Origin: Psammoneis japonica
Taxonomy: Eukaryota
Assembly (NCBI GenBank): GCA_008632985.1
Contig: QPGO01000081.1
Span: 186,001-250,000, forward strand
Direction: 5' to 3'
DNA: 64,000 nt
Shown: piece after piece, positions 33,710 through 45,739 of the stretch
How the letters are laid out: each line of letters starts with the position of its first letter
How positions within the stretch are numbered: the stretch's first letter is position 1
Program-made: the position numbers and the translations under genes
Notes under the pieces: generated by a model
Told to the model about the DNA's origin: nothing
Databases searched by the model: none
What the model saw: only the letters and a program-made list of their open reading frames with translations

Positions 33710-36700
33710 AAAATCGATCCATGTGACAGTTTCAAATGTAAAGACAAAGCCAATCTGTTCAGCACATGGACCTCATCATCACTGAAGACCCTTCTTTGGT
33801 TTTTTAGCTGATGCCCACACCACAATGACAAATTTGTCCTGCTCGTTTGCTCCAACCAAGAAGGGATGGTTGGCCCAGACAGCACCTGCGCTGGTCGCAT
33901 GCATTTGTCTCCCCCAACCCCCCAACACACACACACACACACCTTAACCTGCAGCTCTGGAGAAGGCTGCAAACCCTTTTTGCCATTGATGTGGTGCCTT
34001 GGCCCAGAGTTCCAATGCAGTTTGAGCCCCATCCCAGACTGCACTCTCCATTGGCAAGGTTGTCACTGGCAGAGTCTCTCTTGCTTGTTTGGCAAAAAAG
34101 AGACAGGTTGTCTGGCCATCTTTGGGACTGCTGTGAATGGGCTTGCAAAGCCAGCCAGAGCCAATCACTGGGCTGTTGTTGAGTGGGCCCAGGCCCATTG
34201 TGCAGTGTGCAAAGTGGGGATTTTCAGTGAGCAGAATGTGCGGCGCATTGCAAAGAGTGCACACTGAATGGAATGTGTGCAGTGCAGCACCAGGTTCAGG
34301 TGCAACTGTGCTTTGTTGCCAGCAACTGGCAGCAGCAACATTCATCACTTCTTGATTGCATTTTACATTGCTGCTGCATCACATTGCCAGCACATCACAT
34401 TGCTGCTGCATCACAAATCACATTGCTGCCACACTGCATTGCCACCAAATCACATCCCTTTTGCCAACAAGAAAACGACATGACAAAATTGCACCATGCA
34501 AGTGCACTTGAGCTGAGAAAGAGCTCTCTTGACTCAAGGCTTCTCTTGCAGCACTGCTGACAGTCTTGACCAACATCACATGTCTTGTGCAAATGAAAAA
34601 AAAGATGCGACACAATGGCATCATGCAATGTGTTGTGCTGAACTGTCTCAACAATGCACTTGAGATGAGGAAAAAAGTTGCTCAGCTGAAGCACTGGAAA
34701 GCCGCACAAGGGCCACCAGATGCACAGCTCCAGACATGGCTGAATGTGTCTCATGGTGAACATGCCGCCATTCCCAAACTCTCATGGTTTCCTGCCTTCT
34801 TTTTGTGCTTGCTCCTTCCCTTGGTTGATGTGCGCACATCATGGCATGCCGATTTCACCAGTTTCATCTTGTCCTGGCACTTTGCTTTAGTTTCTTCCTC
34901 ACTCTCCTGCGGTGCCTTTTCACAACTGCAACATCATGCACATCTGGATCATGATCAGAGCAAAACTCATTGATGTCTTGACCTGTCCCATTCCCCTTCC
35001 GCTCAATGCTGTGCACCAGTTCACAAGCTTTCCAAAAGATTTGAGCGGGTTTTTGAAGTGTTCACAATCCTTGTCAAAGCTCTTCATTCTTTTCAGACAT
35101 CTTGAACACAGAGGCAATCAACTTGTTGGCTGGTGGTTGCATGGCCGCACCTTTCTTTGTTGCATCTTTGGCAGCAGCTTTTTTCAGCAGCCTTCCTTGA
35201 AGTTGCCAAAGCTTTCTTTGGTTTTCTGCCTCTGATTTCTTTTTCTTCCAACTGACATGACCACTCTGCCGACTGACATGACAACTCTGCTTTGACAATG
35301 AAAAGTGTCTCTTGTGTGAACAGATGGTGTGGCGCAGAAGGAACGGCAACAGCTGCTCAGATGTCAACAGCGTTGCTTGGCTTCTTGCTTCCTCGTTCAA
35401 CTGGATGTTGCAAGTCTTGCCATCATCCATCACCAGAGACATGCAGAATTGCACATGCTGCACAAGTGCCAAAAAAGAGCACATGGGCCTGGGCCTGTTG
35501 TTGAGCCAATCTTGACAAAATTGTGATCATTTGCATTGTGAATGAGGCAAAAACCTCTGCCCTTGTCCCAGCACCTCTTCATCATGATGCTCAGCTTTAC
35601 AAGAAGAGCCAAGCCAGCTCTGGTTTGCTGTGACCAGTTGAAAGCTTTGAGCATGGGGCACAAACAAGGTCAGTGGATGCACTGCCACGGCTGAGTTGAC
35701 ATCCATCACACCAAAGGATGGCATCAAGTTGGCCCCTTCTCTGCATCCTTTCACATTCCTCAGCCTGACAATGCAGACTCCCATCCAGTGCGCACACACA
35801 CATGGCACCACTTGGAGCAGGATTGCTTCCTGAACTGGTTGCTCTGTTGTGGCACATTGATGAGTTGGCACCTTTCAGGCTGGCTGACCTCCCAGTTTTT
35901 GCTGGTTGCTGGTTGTTGGGTCAAGTGCCACCCGCTTGGGTCATTGTCTGCAGGGCTCAATGTGAGCATGACTGCCACCCTGGCTGGCCTCTCAGCTTGC
36001 TCTCAATTGGGTCATCATTCTGAGTGGCACAAGCAAACAACATCTCAACCATCAGTTGCTGAATTTTTTCTGTTGACTGTGGGAGGCAGACAGCTGAGAA
36101 TGATTTGCTGCTTGGTTGGTGTCAGATGCCATGTTTGGGTGCTCTTCTTTTGTTGCTCTTTTTGCTCTTAAGACGATGCCTCAATTTGTGGAATTGTGCA
36201 CCTTCTCTCTCTCCCTCTCTCAAACAAATGAACCAATGCAGCTGATTTTTTATCAACTGTGACAAACAAACAACAGAGTGGCCAAGGTGGAGCTGCTCAA
36301 TCAGGTGTTTGTCCAAGCTGCAAGAGCCCGCCAAAGTCAATCAGGGAGCAAGACTTTTGTGGTGCTGGCTTCATCAATGGCTGGCTGAAAATGTGGTCAA
36401 AGCTGTCGTGTCACCAAAAAATCTGGGTGAAAAGGGCAGGCAAGTGAAGCTGACAAAAAAGGCTTGATTCAATCTGGCACTCTTTCCCTTTCTCTCTCAT
36501 TGGCATCTCCATTTGCCACCCGGCAGAACAAAGCAGGGGGGGGCATTTTGGGAGCGTGAAAGATGCAATGCAAAAGGAGGTTTCCAAGGTTTTTTGTGAG
36601 TGGTTGCTGTGCACAAGCATTCAGTCCACTCTCACTTGTTGGCAGGCATGGTTGTGGGTGTTGGCAAGAGATTGAGAGTGAGAATGATGCGCCCCTGCCC

Positions 36701-37640
36701 CCTCCTGTTTTCTGAAGCTTGTTTGGCAGCAGGGCATTTGGTGGATGACATGTTGCATCACAGAGAAAGATGGGAGTGCTTTGGTTAAGTGCTCTTTGGC
36801 TCAAACAGCATTGGCAAAAATTGGGTTGGGTGCTTTTTGAAAAATCGGCTCTGCAGCTTGCTGGGCTTGCACCCTTGGGCAAGAAATGGCTGCTGGTGCC
36901 ATGGCAACTTCATCATTTTTTGTCTTTTTGGTGGTGTCATTTGGGTCTTTGCACTTTTTGCAGGACTTCAATCTTGTCACAGGCTCTTGATTCTCCCATT
37001 TGGGGGATTGTTGGTGGTGAGGTCACTCCACACCACATCTGGAGTCACCATCACGTGTTTCAGAACCTCATCTGCGTGCGTGGCATGCATCAGTCATGCC
37101 AGCACGCTGCCAAACAGCGCGCACCCACCATTTGGTCTACCGCACGGCACGCGTCAATCGTGGCTGGATTTATTCAACAATACATTTGTTGATGTTGATC
37201 ATAAGTTATTGTATGGCAAATTGAGATAGTATTATACTTCTCAGGTTTATTGAAAATGAGAATATTTTAATATAAAATTTTATTGATTGTATTCAGGCTT
37301 GAAGGAATAAAAATTGAAATTTCTAAATTTGAAATTTGGCACATCTCGAGCAAACAAGATTCCCTCTCCTCACTTTCCCCAAACAAAAGGAAAACCTGGT
37401 CAGAGTAGGGAGTCTTTAACCGGAGACGGGTCTCATCGTACAGTTAAGAATGCTGCTTTCCCGAATGCTGGAGGCTCTTCCCCTTGTTGTCGTCGTAGGT
37501 TGGCTTTCCGTCGTTGCCAATGCATCAAATCCTAACAGCGAGAAACCATCGTTTCTTCGAAACCGAAATCTCCAAGGTGACTCATGTGAAGGCGTGGCTG
37601 AAGATGTTATTGAAATTCAAACAATAATATATCACACTGG
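33710..37640 (+). repeat. Segmental duplication copy B (contains the hAT-like insertion; depleted to ~37070, unmutated after ~37200)
   Basis: Collinear with 26930-29530 apart from the 34184-35497 insertion. Confidence 0.9.
34184..35497. mobile_element. Non-autonomous hAT-like DNA transposon, ~1.3 kb
   Basis: Inverted repeat GGCCCAGGCCCAT (34186-34198) / ATGGGCCTGGGCC (35483-35495); 8-bp TSD TTGTTGAG (34176-34183, 35498-35505); empty site ctgggctgttgttgaaccc in copy A (~27381-27399). Confidence 0.8.
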
Positions 37641-39906
37641 AAACCCTTTCAATGTCACACAAAGCGAGCTGGCAGCTCTCGAATCTGCTTTTCTTTCTGT
37701 ATACAATCAGACAGCCTCGAGCTCTTGTGGTGAAAATGGGTTCCGCACTTTGGACAACGTCACAATTGTTTTAGAAATAAATCCCGGACTCACGAGAACA
37801 GACATGGCGGATTCGTTGACCAGGCAAAGTGAGCCCGTTCGATCTCAGTTTTCCTTGCTTTACCGAGTTTTCCTTCGTTGTGTCGGATGTAGAAACAACC
37901 CCCGACTCTTTCAGCCCGCGACTAGTGCTCGTCGCCAGCTCCAAAACAAGGAGCATATTTCAGAAGAAGGAAATAATTTCCCAACGCCTAAAGGCGTCAA
38001 GGGCGTAAAGCCAGAGCGATCTCTCCTTCTCACCAAAAAGACCCCCGAAGAAGACCCCAAAGCCGACATTAAAAAACTGAAACGGTTCAGTGGATCGCCC
38101 AAGTCCAAGTACAGCATTATCGATGAAATGGAGTTCCTTGTCACTGCCCGACAAGACGACGAATGCCAATGTGAAGCGCCTCTTACAGAAGATTTTATCG
38201 AACCGTTCAATTCTGTTGTCCGTGGACTCATGACGTTTGACGTGTTAATGAATGTTGATTCTGTGGATGCTGTCTTTGAACTCGATGACGTGGATTGCTC
38301 TGACACCAGCTTTTTCGAGACAGAAATTGAAGTGAAACATGTCGGCAATCCTAATGAGCTGACTTTTGGCGAACTCATTGCTCTTGAGGATAGCTTTCGT
38401 ACAACTTACAACAACCAGAATGCTTTAAACGGCGACACCTGCGACCCCCTGTTTCGCGTGCTTGACACGGTCACCATTCTTCCGCTTGATAGTCCAGCTG
38501 TTAACGGTACACGCATGTTTACGTCAATATACCTCGCTTCTGGACGATGCAGAGGTTGTGCTTCTAGCTCTAACGTGTTCAGTCTTGAATCTCGGCGGTC
38601 GCTTCAGCGGTCTAACCCTGAGCCAAGGTTCCTTCAGCAGATAGTCCAAAACAACACGTGCTTTTGCCCGATGGATTTTGATCAGAGACCGCCGACTAGC
38701 AGTGAGTTCTTAGATGCCTTTGAGAAGAATAATGATGTTCTACGGGATGCGGGCGTGTTGGTCAACATCAACTCCACTGAGTCTGTGACCGATCTGATAA
38801 CTCCTGGTCTGTCGCCTTCTCCAACGGAGGTTCCGAACCTTCAGCCAACACTTTCACCAAGTTTGGTTGGAACGCCATCTCCAACACGTCAAGACATGTT
38901 CCCGAGTCAACGACCAACTACACCAGCGCCAACTCCAAGAAGCACTCCGAACCCTACTCGACGAGTTACTCCCAATCCAACTCGTCGAACGACGTCCGCA
39001 CCAACTCCCAGAATCACTCCGAATCCTACTCGTCGCACTACACCAGCACCATCTCCTCGCACAACCCCCAATCCTACCCGTCGAAGGACGTCAGCGCCAA
39101 CTCCCAGACTCACTCCGAATCCTACTCCTCGCGCTACACCAGCGCCATCTCCTCGAGTGACCCCCAATCCCACACCTCGCGCTACACCAGCGCCATCTCC
39201 TCGAGTGACCCCCAATCCAACTCCTCGCGCTACACCAGCGCCATCCCCTCGGGTGACCCCCAATCCCACTCCTCGCGCTACACCAGCGCCATCTCCTCGG
39301 GTGACCCCCAATCCCACTCCTCGCGCTACACCAGCACCATCTCCCCGCGTCAGTCCAAATCCGACGCCTCGAGCTACAACAGCCCCGACTCCTCGCCAGC
39401 CGACACCGAGTCCAACGCCAAGAGTCACTCCGGGTCCGACGCCTCGACCTACTCAACCTACACCGGTCACGACACCTGAAACACAGAGACCAACATTCAA
39501 TCCGACGCCAGGAGGCTCTCCAGCCTCGACTCCGGGTCCAACGCCCCAAGCATCACCTGGTTCAACACCTCGACCTACACCGGCCACGACACCTGAAACA
39601 CCGAGACCAACACTTAATCCAACACCAGGAGGCTCTCCAGCCTCCACTCCGGGTCCAACGCCTCAAGTACCAACTGGTCCAACACCTCAACCTACACCGG
39701 TCACGACACCTGAAACACCGAGACCAACACCACAAGGAACTCCAGCCTCGACACCGAATCCGACACCCGGTCCTGATGGACCTACGTTGCAGCCAACGCT
39801 GAGTGTGCCAAGCACTCCTACTCCATCTCTCGATCCTGCATCCCTTAGTCTCGTCCCCTCCTTTCAAGGAACTCTAAGCAATGTACCAACAATCATCGCT
39901 CCGTGA
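37450..39906 (+). CDS. Secreted mucin-like protein: repeated Cys-containing modules plus Pro/Thr/Arg-rich tail, 818 aa
   Basis: Signal peptide; repeated EL.ALE..F...YN....C....R.LD.VTI..RC.GC module; RNLQ/RQLQ/RSLQ/RFLQ motifs; long P/T repeats. Confidence 0.88.
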   Translation: MLLSRMLEALPLVVVVGWLSVVANASNPNSEKPSFLRNRNLQGDSCEGVAEDVIEIQTIIYHTGNPFNVTQSELAALESAFLSVYNQTASSSCGENGFRTLDNVTIVLEINPGLTRTDMADSLTRQSEPVRSQFSLLYRVFLRCVGCRNNPRLFQPATSARRQLQNKEHISEEGNNFPTPKGVKGVKPERSLLLTKKTPEEDPKADIKKLKRFSGSPKSKYSIIDEMEFLVTARQDDECQCEAPLTEDFIEPFNSVVRGLMTFDVLMNVDSVDAVFELDDVDCSDTSFFETEIEVKHVGNPNELTFGELIALEDSFRTTYNNQNALNGDTCDPLFRVLDTVTILPLDSPAVNGTRMFTSIYLASGRCRGCASSSNVFSLESRRSLQRSNPEPRFLQQIVQNNTCFCPMDFDQRPPTSSEFLDAFEKNNDVLRDAGVLVNINSTESVTDLITPGLSPSPTEVPNLQPTLSPSLVGTPSPTRQDMFPSQRPTTPAPTPRSTPNPTRRVTPNPTRRTTSAPTPRITPNPTRRTTPAPSPRTTPNPTRRRTSAPTPRLTPNPTPRATPAPSPRVTPNPTPRATPAPSPRVTPNPTPRATPAPSPRVTPNPTPRATPAPSPRVTPNPTPRATPAPSPRVSPNPTPRATTAPTPRQPTPSPTPRVTPGPTPRPTQPTPVTTPETQRPTFNPTPGGSPASTPGPTPQASPGSTPRPTPATTPETPRPTLNPTPGGSPASTPGPTPQVPTGPTPQPTPVTTPETPRPTPQGTPASTPNPTPGPDGPTLQPTLSVPSTPTPSLDPASLSLVPSFQGTLSNVPTIIAP
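38911..39420 (+). repeat. Coding tandem repeat, 48-bp unit (PRATPAPSPRVTPNPT)
   Basis: About five near-identical units at 39127-39370 flanked by diverged units. Confidence 0.92.
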
Positions 39907-42600
39907 GGTACGTGTACCGTCAAAAACAAAAGAACGATTTCTATCCCTTGGCCAAGTCAAAAATCTCACCTTTTTGAAAACATGTGACTGGTATTTTGCA
40001 GCATTTCAAGAAGAATTCATGTATTGGGACGAACAAATTGCAGGCGAGATGGCTTGTTAGAGAGAAGTAGTGAAGTTATGAAAACTCGTGTCTTGTGTTT
40101 TTTTTTTTTCATCAGGAAGATTGTTGGAACTCATCCCTACACGTTGTTGACCAAAAAGGGTGCCAATAGATATAGATACGGTATGTACATAGCAGTGCGA
40201 CAGAAAAGCATTGATTAGATTTACAGAATTTTTCGGTTCCACGATTTCATACATAGAGATCTGGAATTTGATCGTGGACGATGCGGGGATGATTCAATGC
40301 CGAAGGATTATGAGGCGTTTGCTGTACTGTAGCTGGCATTGAATGAATATTTGGGCTGTACTGTGGAGAAGAGACTGGTTGTCAACTGGGTTGTATTGAT
40401 GGACATGAGAACCATTTTTATAATCGTACATTCCGTCGCATTTTGAAGCGCAGTCATCACACTTAGCTAATACAGGCTTATAAGAATGGCCACGAGTCAT
40501 TTTCTGTCACAACCATCCGAAGCAGACCTTTTTCCACGAACATGTCTGTTGCACACGCAAAGACAGTCTTGTGGCTCCAGAGACCGAAAAGTGACTTGGA
40601 CAGGAAAAAAGACAGGCTGCGTGTGGCCCATCGAGGGGCTGGTGCATCATTTCTCGCCCAACTCTTCCACTGGTGCCCAAGAGCTACTTCAGTGAATAAT
40701 GCCTTGGACTCTTTGTGCTTGCAAGGAATTAATTGCAAGAGGGTGAAACCGCCTGCTGAACCATTGTGATCAAAAAGTGAGTGCTTCCTCCTTGCTCCGG
40801 GACATATTCACAACCGCCGATGACCGAAGACATTTTGAGTGATGTCAAAGTCATTCTCAAGGATTTTTACTCATGAATGAATACATAAAAGAAAACCGGT
40901 ATGTTAGAGCTCTCGAAAAACGCAACCCCAAACCTCAACGCTCAACGCGCACAACGTACAACGTCATCTGCCATTTTGGATTTGCCATGGCGTGTTTATA
41001 TTTCGGACGAGCACTGTGTTTTTCCGAAGAGGCTACCGTAACCTGTGCTCTTCTGACCGATGCATGTGATGTTGCTGTGTATGGCCAGCCAATTGAGCCC
41101 CTTGTGGGGACGCCCGACAGCTGCATGACCCGACATGAGTGCAGAGGTCGCACAAATCCTCGGCTGATGCAAAAGGGGCCGCGCGACCAGACGGCAACAA
41201 TGCATCACGAGGAAGAAGAAAAAGTGTAATTTACCGGTTTTCTGCATTGCACTCTTTGCGTGTTACGGGAGAACTGTCGCGACACTCTTTTGCCATCGTG
41301 TTGTCAACAGTTTTGGATCCCCTCGACTTTTTGCTACCAGTAAGAGCGGAACGATTGTTACGATTGAGTTCTCATTTCATGCGCGCCCTTGCTACTACTC
41401 TCTTTTCGCTCTTACCGACAATGCTTTGGCATTTCGAGGAATGCCCATCTCAATCGCCATTGTCGTCATCGTTGTCGTCACGTGTTCTCACTCTGACGTT
41501 GGAATGCGAACTCCACCAGAAACGCGAAGGCCGTTTGCACGTTCCGTTGACGTTTCTTGTCAGACATGGAAACAGTTGACACGACGTCTGAAATCGTGAC
41601 ATGGACTCTTAAGTGGAGCAGACTGTCACATAGAGCTTGACACGCTGATGAGAACTCATGTTCCCCTCTACTAGAGTACGTGATAGTGATATGGCATTCA
41701 TAAGTGTTGGTCAAACATTTATATTCGCGTTTTGCCGTTCGACAGATAAACAAACACAACGAAGGCATAAACGGGAGAGGTGTCCGGACACCAAGGGCCA
41801 CCGGATTTCCCCCCTCTCCATGGTATAGTGAAATGGTACTCATAAGTGGTGCCAAACATTTATTGTTGAGACACCGTGTGATTGATAACAACGAAAAGCA
41901 TGAGAACTCCATTCCCCCCTCGTTTTAATAAATGTTTCCCGACATTTATTACTGTCGACTGAGACGGCCAAGACCTCTGTCGCAGATTTGTTATTGGAGT
42001 TCCATCTGCCTTAAATTGAGAGACATGAGAGCCATAAATGTGCACAGAACAACCCGGGAGCGATTGCTGCAAAACCCGTTCACTTGTTGTCATAAAATTG
42101 CAAACGACGAAAACAGGAACGATAGTGAAACAACGACAACACAACGAAAGTGACTTTTAGAGTACGATACCGACAGGTCAGTGGTTTTAAACAATTGGAA
42201 CTACCATCAACATCAGAAGATACCAAGCGTCAAGGACTGTCTTGGTCTTCGAGAATCTCAACCAAAAGAAGGTGACACTTACTTTTCATTATGCTCGTGA
42301 GCACTCCGACTTGCGGATTTCTCTTCGGTGCTTTGGTATTGACGTGCTTAGCTCCAGATGTGACGGGCCAAAAGGAACAAGCTCGGCAGTCGATACGAAG
42401 CACAGAACAGCGAAATCGGAGCTGATTTTCAAGCATGTGTTGTTCCGTGCGACTGAAGCACCTGTCCTTGCTTCATCTTGAAATCACTTGAGGCTCTCTG
42501 CCAAGAGCGTCCCGCCTTGTGCAAGACTGTGCAATGCACCTTCGAGACCATTGACTAACATCTATTTTGATTTGCCTTTTTACAACGCAGGGCAAGCACC

Positions 42601-43737
42601 ATGCGGCTTGGCACATCTCTTACTTTCCTCACTGCCATTGGAGGAATGGCAGCAGCTCATGCACAGCCGAGTGTCAAGCACGTCTTTTTCCACATACCTG
42701 CTTATGGCCGAAAGATGTTTAACGCGTATCTAAATTCTGGCAAAGCGCATTGGTTTGCGATTTATTTGACAGGCAGGGAAACGTATCTTGACATAGCAGC
42801 TGAGCCATACAGTGACGGCCGTGTCCTTGACGACCCTATGATTGCTCTGTATAATTCAGATGGCATTTTGCTTGCGGAGGACGACGATGGTGGTCCCGGT
42901 GTGAGGAGCACGCTGTCATTTGGCGTTGGCTCCGGTAGAAATATTTATGATGGAGAGGAGTCCTACGCGGGTTCCGACGGACCGGTCCCTCCTGCTGGCA
43001 CTTACTACATTGCGGTGGCAGAGTATGGAGGCCATTTTGCTGACTACCAATTTGACTACCTCTATGAGGCCGGAACAACCTTCAGTGGCGGGCGCTATCG
43101 ACTTACTGCCTATACTGACACTGATCTGCTGCCACCAATCGAGCGGAATTTTGGCTACTTGGTCAGCAACCAGAACTACCGTTCACGTCTTTATGCTAGT
43201 GAGGTCCATTTGTTCGAGTTTCGATTGACAGGCCGTGAAACCTTCCTCGCAATCAGCACTGGTAAATCTGACATCGACGACACTATGATTGGTTTGTATG
43301 ACGTCCACGGCAAGTTGATTGCGAAGAACGATGATGGCTGGGGAGATGGACAGAGCATGCTGACTTTTGGCCCTGAGGGTAAAGACGGTCCTATCCCCGG
43401 GAGTGGCACTTACTTTCTTGGTGTCGGGGAGTACCATACCTCTTTTGAAGATTTCTATATTAATGTCAAAAGCACGGGATATGGTGGTGGCTACTACCGC
43501 GTTGATTTCTTAGTTGAGGTAGACACTTCTCATTGCGGAATTTGGAAAAGATGCACCACTGGTCAAGGTAACGCAGGATGCGAATTCTGTCGTCTATACA
43601 GCAGCAATGCCAAGCGGCTTACGTGCCTCAAGCTTGATACTATCCAGTACCACCTGTCGAGAAGTGGCTGCGACCCACCGGACGATCCTCCCAGTCGGGG
43701 GTCTTGCTTGGCACGGAGGGGCAAATGTTTTGGATAG
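42601..43737 (+). CDS. Secreted protein with two bacterial-type PPC/DVUA0089-like domains and a Cys-rich tail, 378 aa
   Basis: Signal peptide; internal duplication LTGRET.L.I..D.MI.LY...G.L.A.(D/N)DDG..S.L.FG..DGP.P..GTY...V.EY. Confidence 0.78.
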   Translation: MRLGTSLTFLTAIGGMAAAHAQPSVKHVFFHIPAYGRKMFNAYLNSGKAHWFAIYLTGRETYLDIAAEPYSDGRVLDDPMIALYNSDGILLAEDDDGGPGVRSTLSFGVGSGRNIYDGEESYAGSDGPVPPAGTYYIAVAEYGGHFADYQFDYLYEAGTTFSGGRYRLTAYTDTDLLPPIERNFGYLVSNQNYRSRLYASEVHLFEFRLTGRETFLAISTGKSDIDDTMIGLYDVHGKLIAKNDDGWGDGQSMLTFGPEGKDGPIPGSGTYFLGVGEYHTSFEDFYINVKSTGYGGGYYRVDFLVEVDTSHCGIWKRCTTGQGNAGCEFCRLYSSNAKRLTCLKLDTIQYHLSRSGCDPPDDPPSRGSCLARRGKCFG

Positions 43738-45739
43738 CCTTCTTGGTGGGCCCACCAAGGACGCGCAATGTCCCCTGGACGTAGATGTCGGAATGTTCCA
43801 TTGGCATGAACCAACAGGAATTTGCAACCGCTGTGAAGATTTACATGATCAAAACCAACATTAGATAAAGGGTCCATACATTTTAGAAGATTGACAGTGC
43901 ACATCTCCATTTTAGAAGATTGATGATGTATAAATCCGTTTAGAACATTAGCAATGCACAGATCTACTTTTCATTTTGAGTTTTTACAGAGCGTTGCAGT
44001 GTTGATAAAACTTGAACCAGGGTCGGCGAAACGAAGTTGGTTCTATTGTACGGTACCCTGCTCTAACAGGTGGAAGAGACTGGGGCGGGCGCGTGAACTT
44101 TGGGGGACGTCTCATCCAGCCAGCTGCTGGCAGAAGAAAGTCTGCTCGTCAGTGCATCTATAGAGAGTCTGTCCAGCGTTCACCGAAACTGGCAAAACCC
44201 CCAAAACGCATTGATTGTCAGACTGTTTCAGTGCAAATTCTACGCAAGATTCTTTGGCCAGCAGCTGGCTGGAGATGCAGTGGTGCAACAACGTGGGCCA
44301 GAACAGAAGATATTCCTTCGCGAGGTCGTCAGAGTGCACCTTTTTTCACAACAAGAGTCCACCACATCCACATTGGTGGAGATGGCTCTGTGGAAAATCG
44401 CTGGTTTCACCAATTTGCCATGTGAGTCAAGCGCCAGATTGAGAGTCACGCTGCTCCTGGAGGCCAGCCAGCACAGCCACAAACTTCCGTGCACCAGCCA
44501 CCAGTGCTTTGGCTCTGAGTGCCCTTCCTTCCCACCCACAGAACATGTGCACGAAAGTCTGAAAACTGTGTTCATTTAAATCCTCTAAAAAAATGCATGA
44601 TCTCTTCTTTGTGGGTGGTTGTGTGTGTCATCTGCTGCACATTGCACACATCTCAGCACTGCACATGATGTCGAATGATGGTTGCTGGCTGCACATTTTC
44701 AGTGCTTGGCTCCAGATCTGAGAGGCCAAAATGTCATCAGGCTGTGGAGCAAGCTTGGCTGTCAATGTGATGCAGTGATCATGCGCAGCAAAATTGGCGC
44801 CAATTTCAACCTTGTCAAAGATTCTGGCACTGTCCACTTTTGCCGCAACTGCATCCAGGGAGGCACAATGGGCGCTGCTGGTGGAAGAGAAGCTGCTGGG
44901 GGAAGACCTGATGGAGGGCACCCACGGATGAAACTCAACAATTTCTTCAGCAAAGACAAGCCAAAAGGGGACAGCAGAGTTCTTTGTGAAGAAAAAGGTC
45001 CATGCACTTCATCTGCTTTGCACACCCTTGATTTCATTTTTTGGAACAAACCATTTCTCAAACAGCTGCAAACCCATCTGCATGATTCCAGGAATCTTGG
45101 AAATTTTCAATTTTTAAAAATCCACGTGACTCGCGCTCGTGGATTTTTAGAAATGCAGATTCTTAAAAATTCCCAATGCATGTTTTCAAAAACAGATGCT
45201 CCTTGTTTTAGAAAATGACGCAATTTCGTAAATCTCCCCTTTTCATTGTCAAAAATGTGTGAGTGCCTTTTTCTCATGCACGCTGATTTGAATTGCGGCA
45301 CCTCATCAAAGGCGGACTGCCAGAATCACCTCTTCCAAGATGTGCCAGCATGGGGCAGAGCAGGCGGGAGAGAAAACAGCATTGTCAACAGAGAGACAAC
45401 AACAAAAAAACAAAGGCTCGCAACACAGTGAAGCAACACTCTTGTTTGCATTTGGTGTTTGTGAGTTGTTGGATCTCAAATTGTGCAAATGACATGATCG
45501 TTGAGAAAGTCAAAATGACCGTTGACAAATTGGCGTGACTTTCCACTCTTAAGAATCAACTGTGGTGTGTTTAAAAATCAACGTTCTGGGGAATGCAGAT
45601 TTTTAAAAATGGAGATTTCTGAAATTCCGCGCAACAGATCCATCTCTTGCATTGTCTCTTCATGACTCTTTGTCATCTTCTCATTGCTTTCATGCAAATC
45701 CTCATTGTGTTGTCCAAAACCTCCAACATCAACCTCAAC

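Noticed and set aside
26930..37640. Sequencing or base-calling artefact as the cause of TA/CG loss
   Set aside because: Unlikely: the effect is graded by element age, context-dependent and gives reciprocal TG/CA states between copies. Not formally excluded without reads.
38867..39867. Antisense and alternate-frame ORFs or a CRISPR-like array over the repeat
   Set aside because: Shadow of the 48-bp coding tandem repeat; no unique spacers and no cas genes.
39903..40001. Intron-like GT..TTTTGCAG extending the mucin-like CDS
   Set aside because: The best donor lies after the stop codon and the downstream frame is unconvincing; at most a 3'UTR intron.
40250..42500. Short ORFs and a mildly TA-poor patch (~40500-40800)
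   Set aside because: No recognisable motifs, and the patch is too short to call a converted domain.
43878..43950. ~29-bp imperfect tandem repeat (cattttagaagattga)
   Set aside because: Two to three degenerate units in a 3' flank with no evidence of function.
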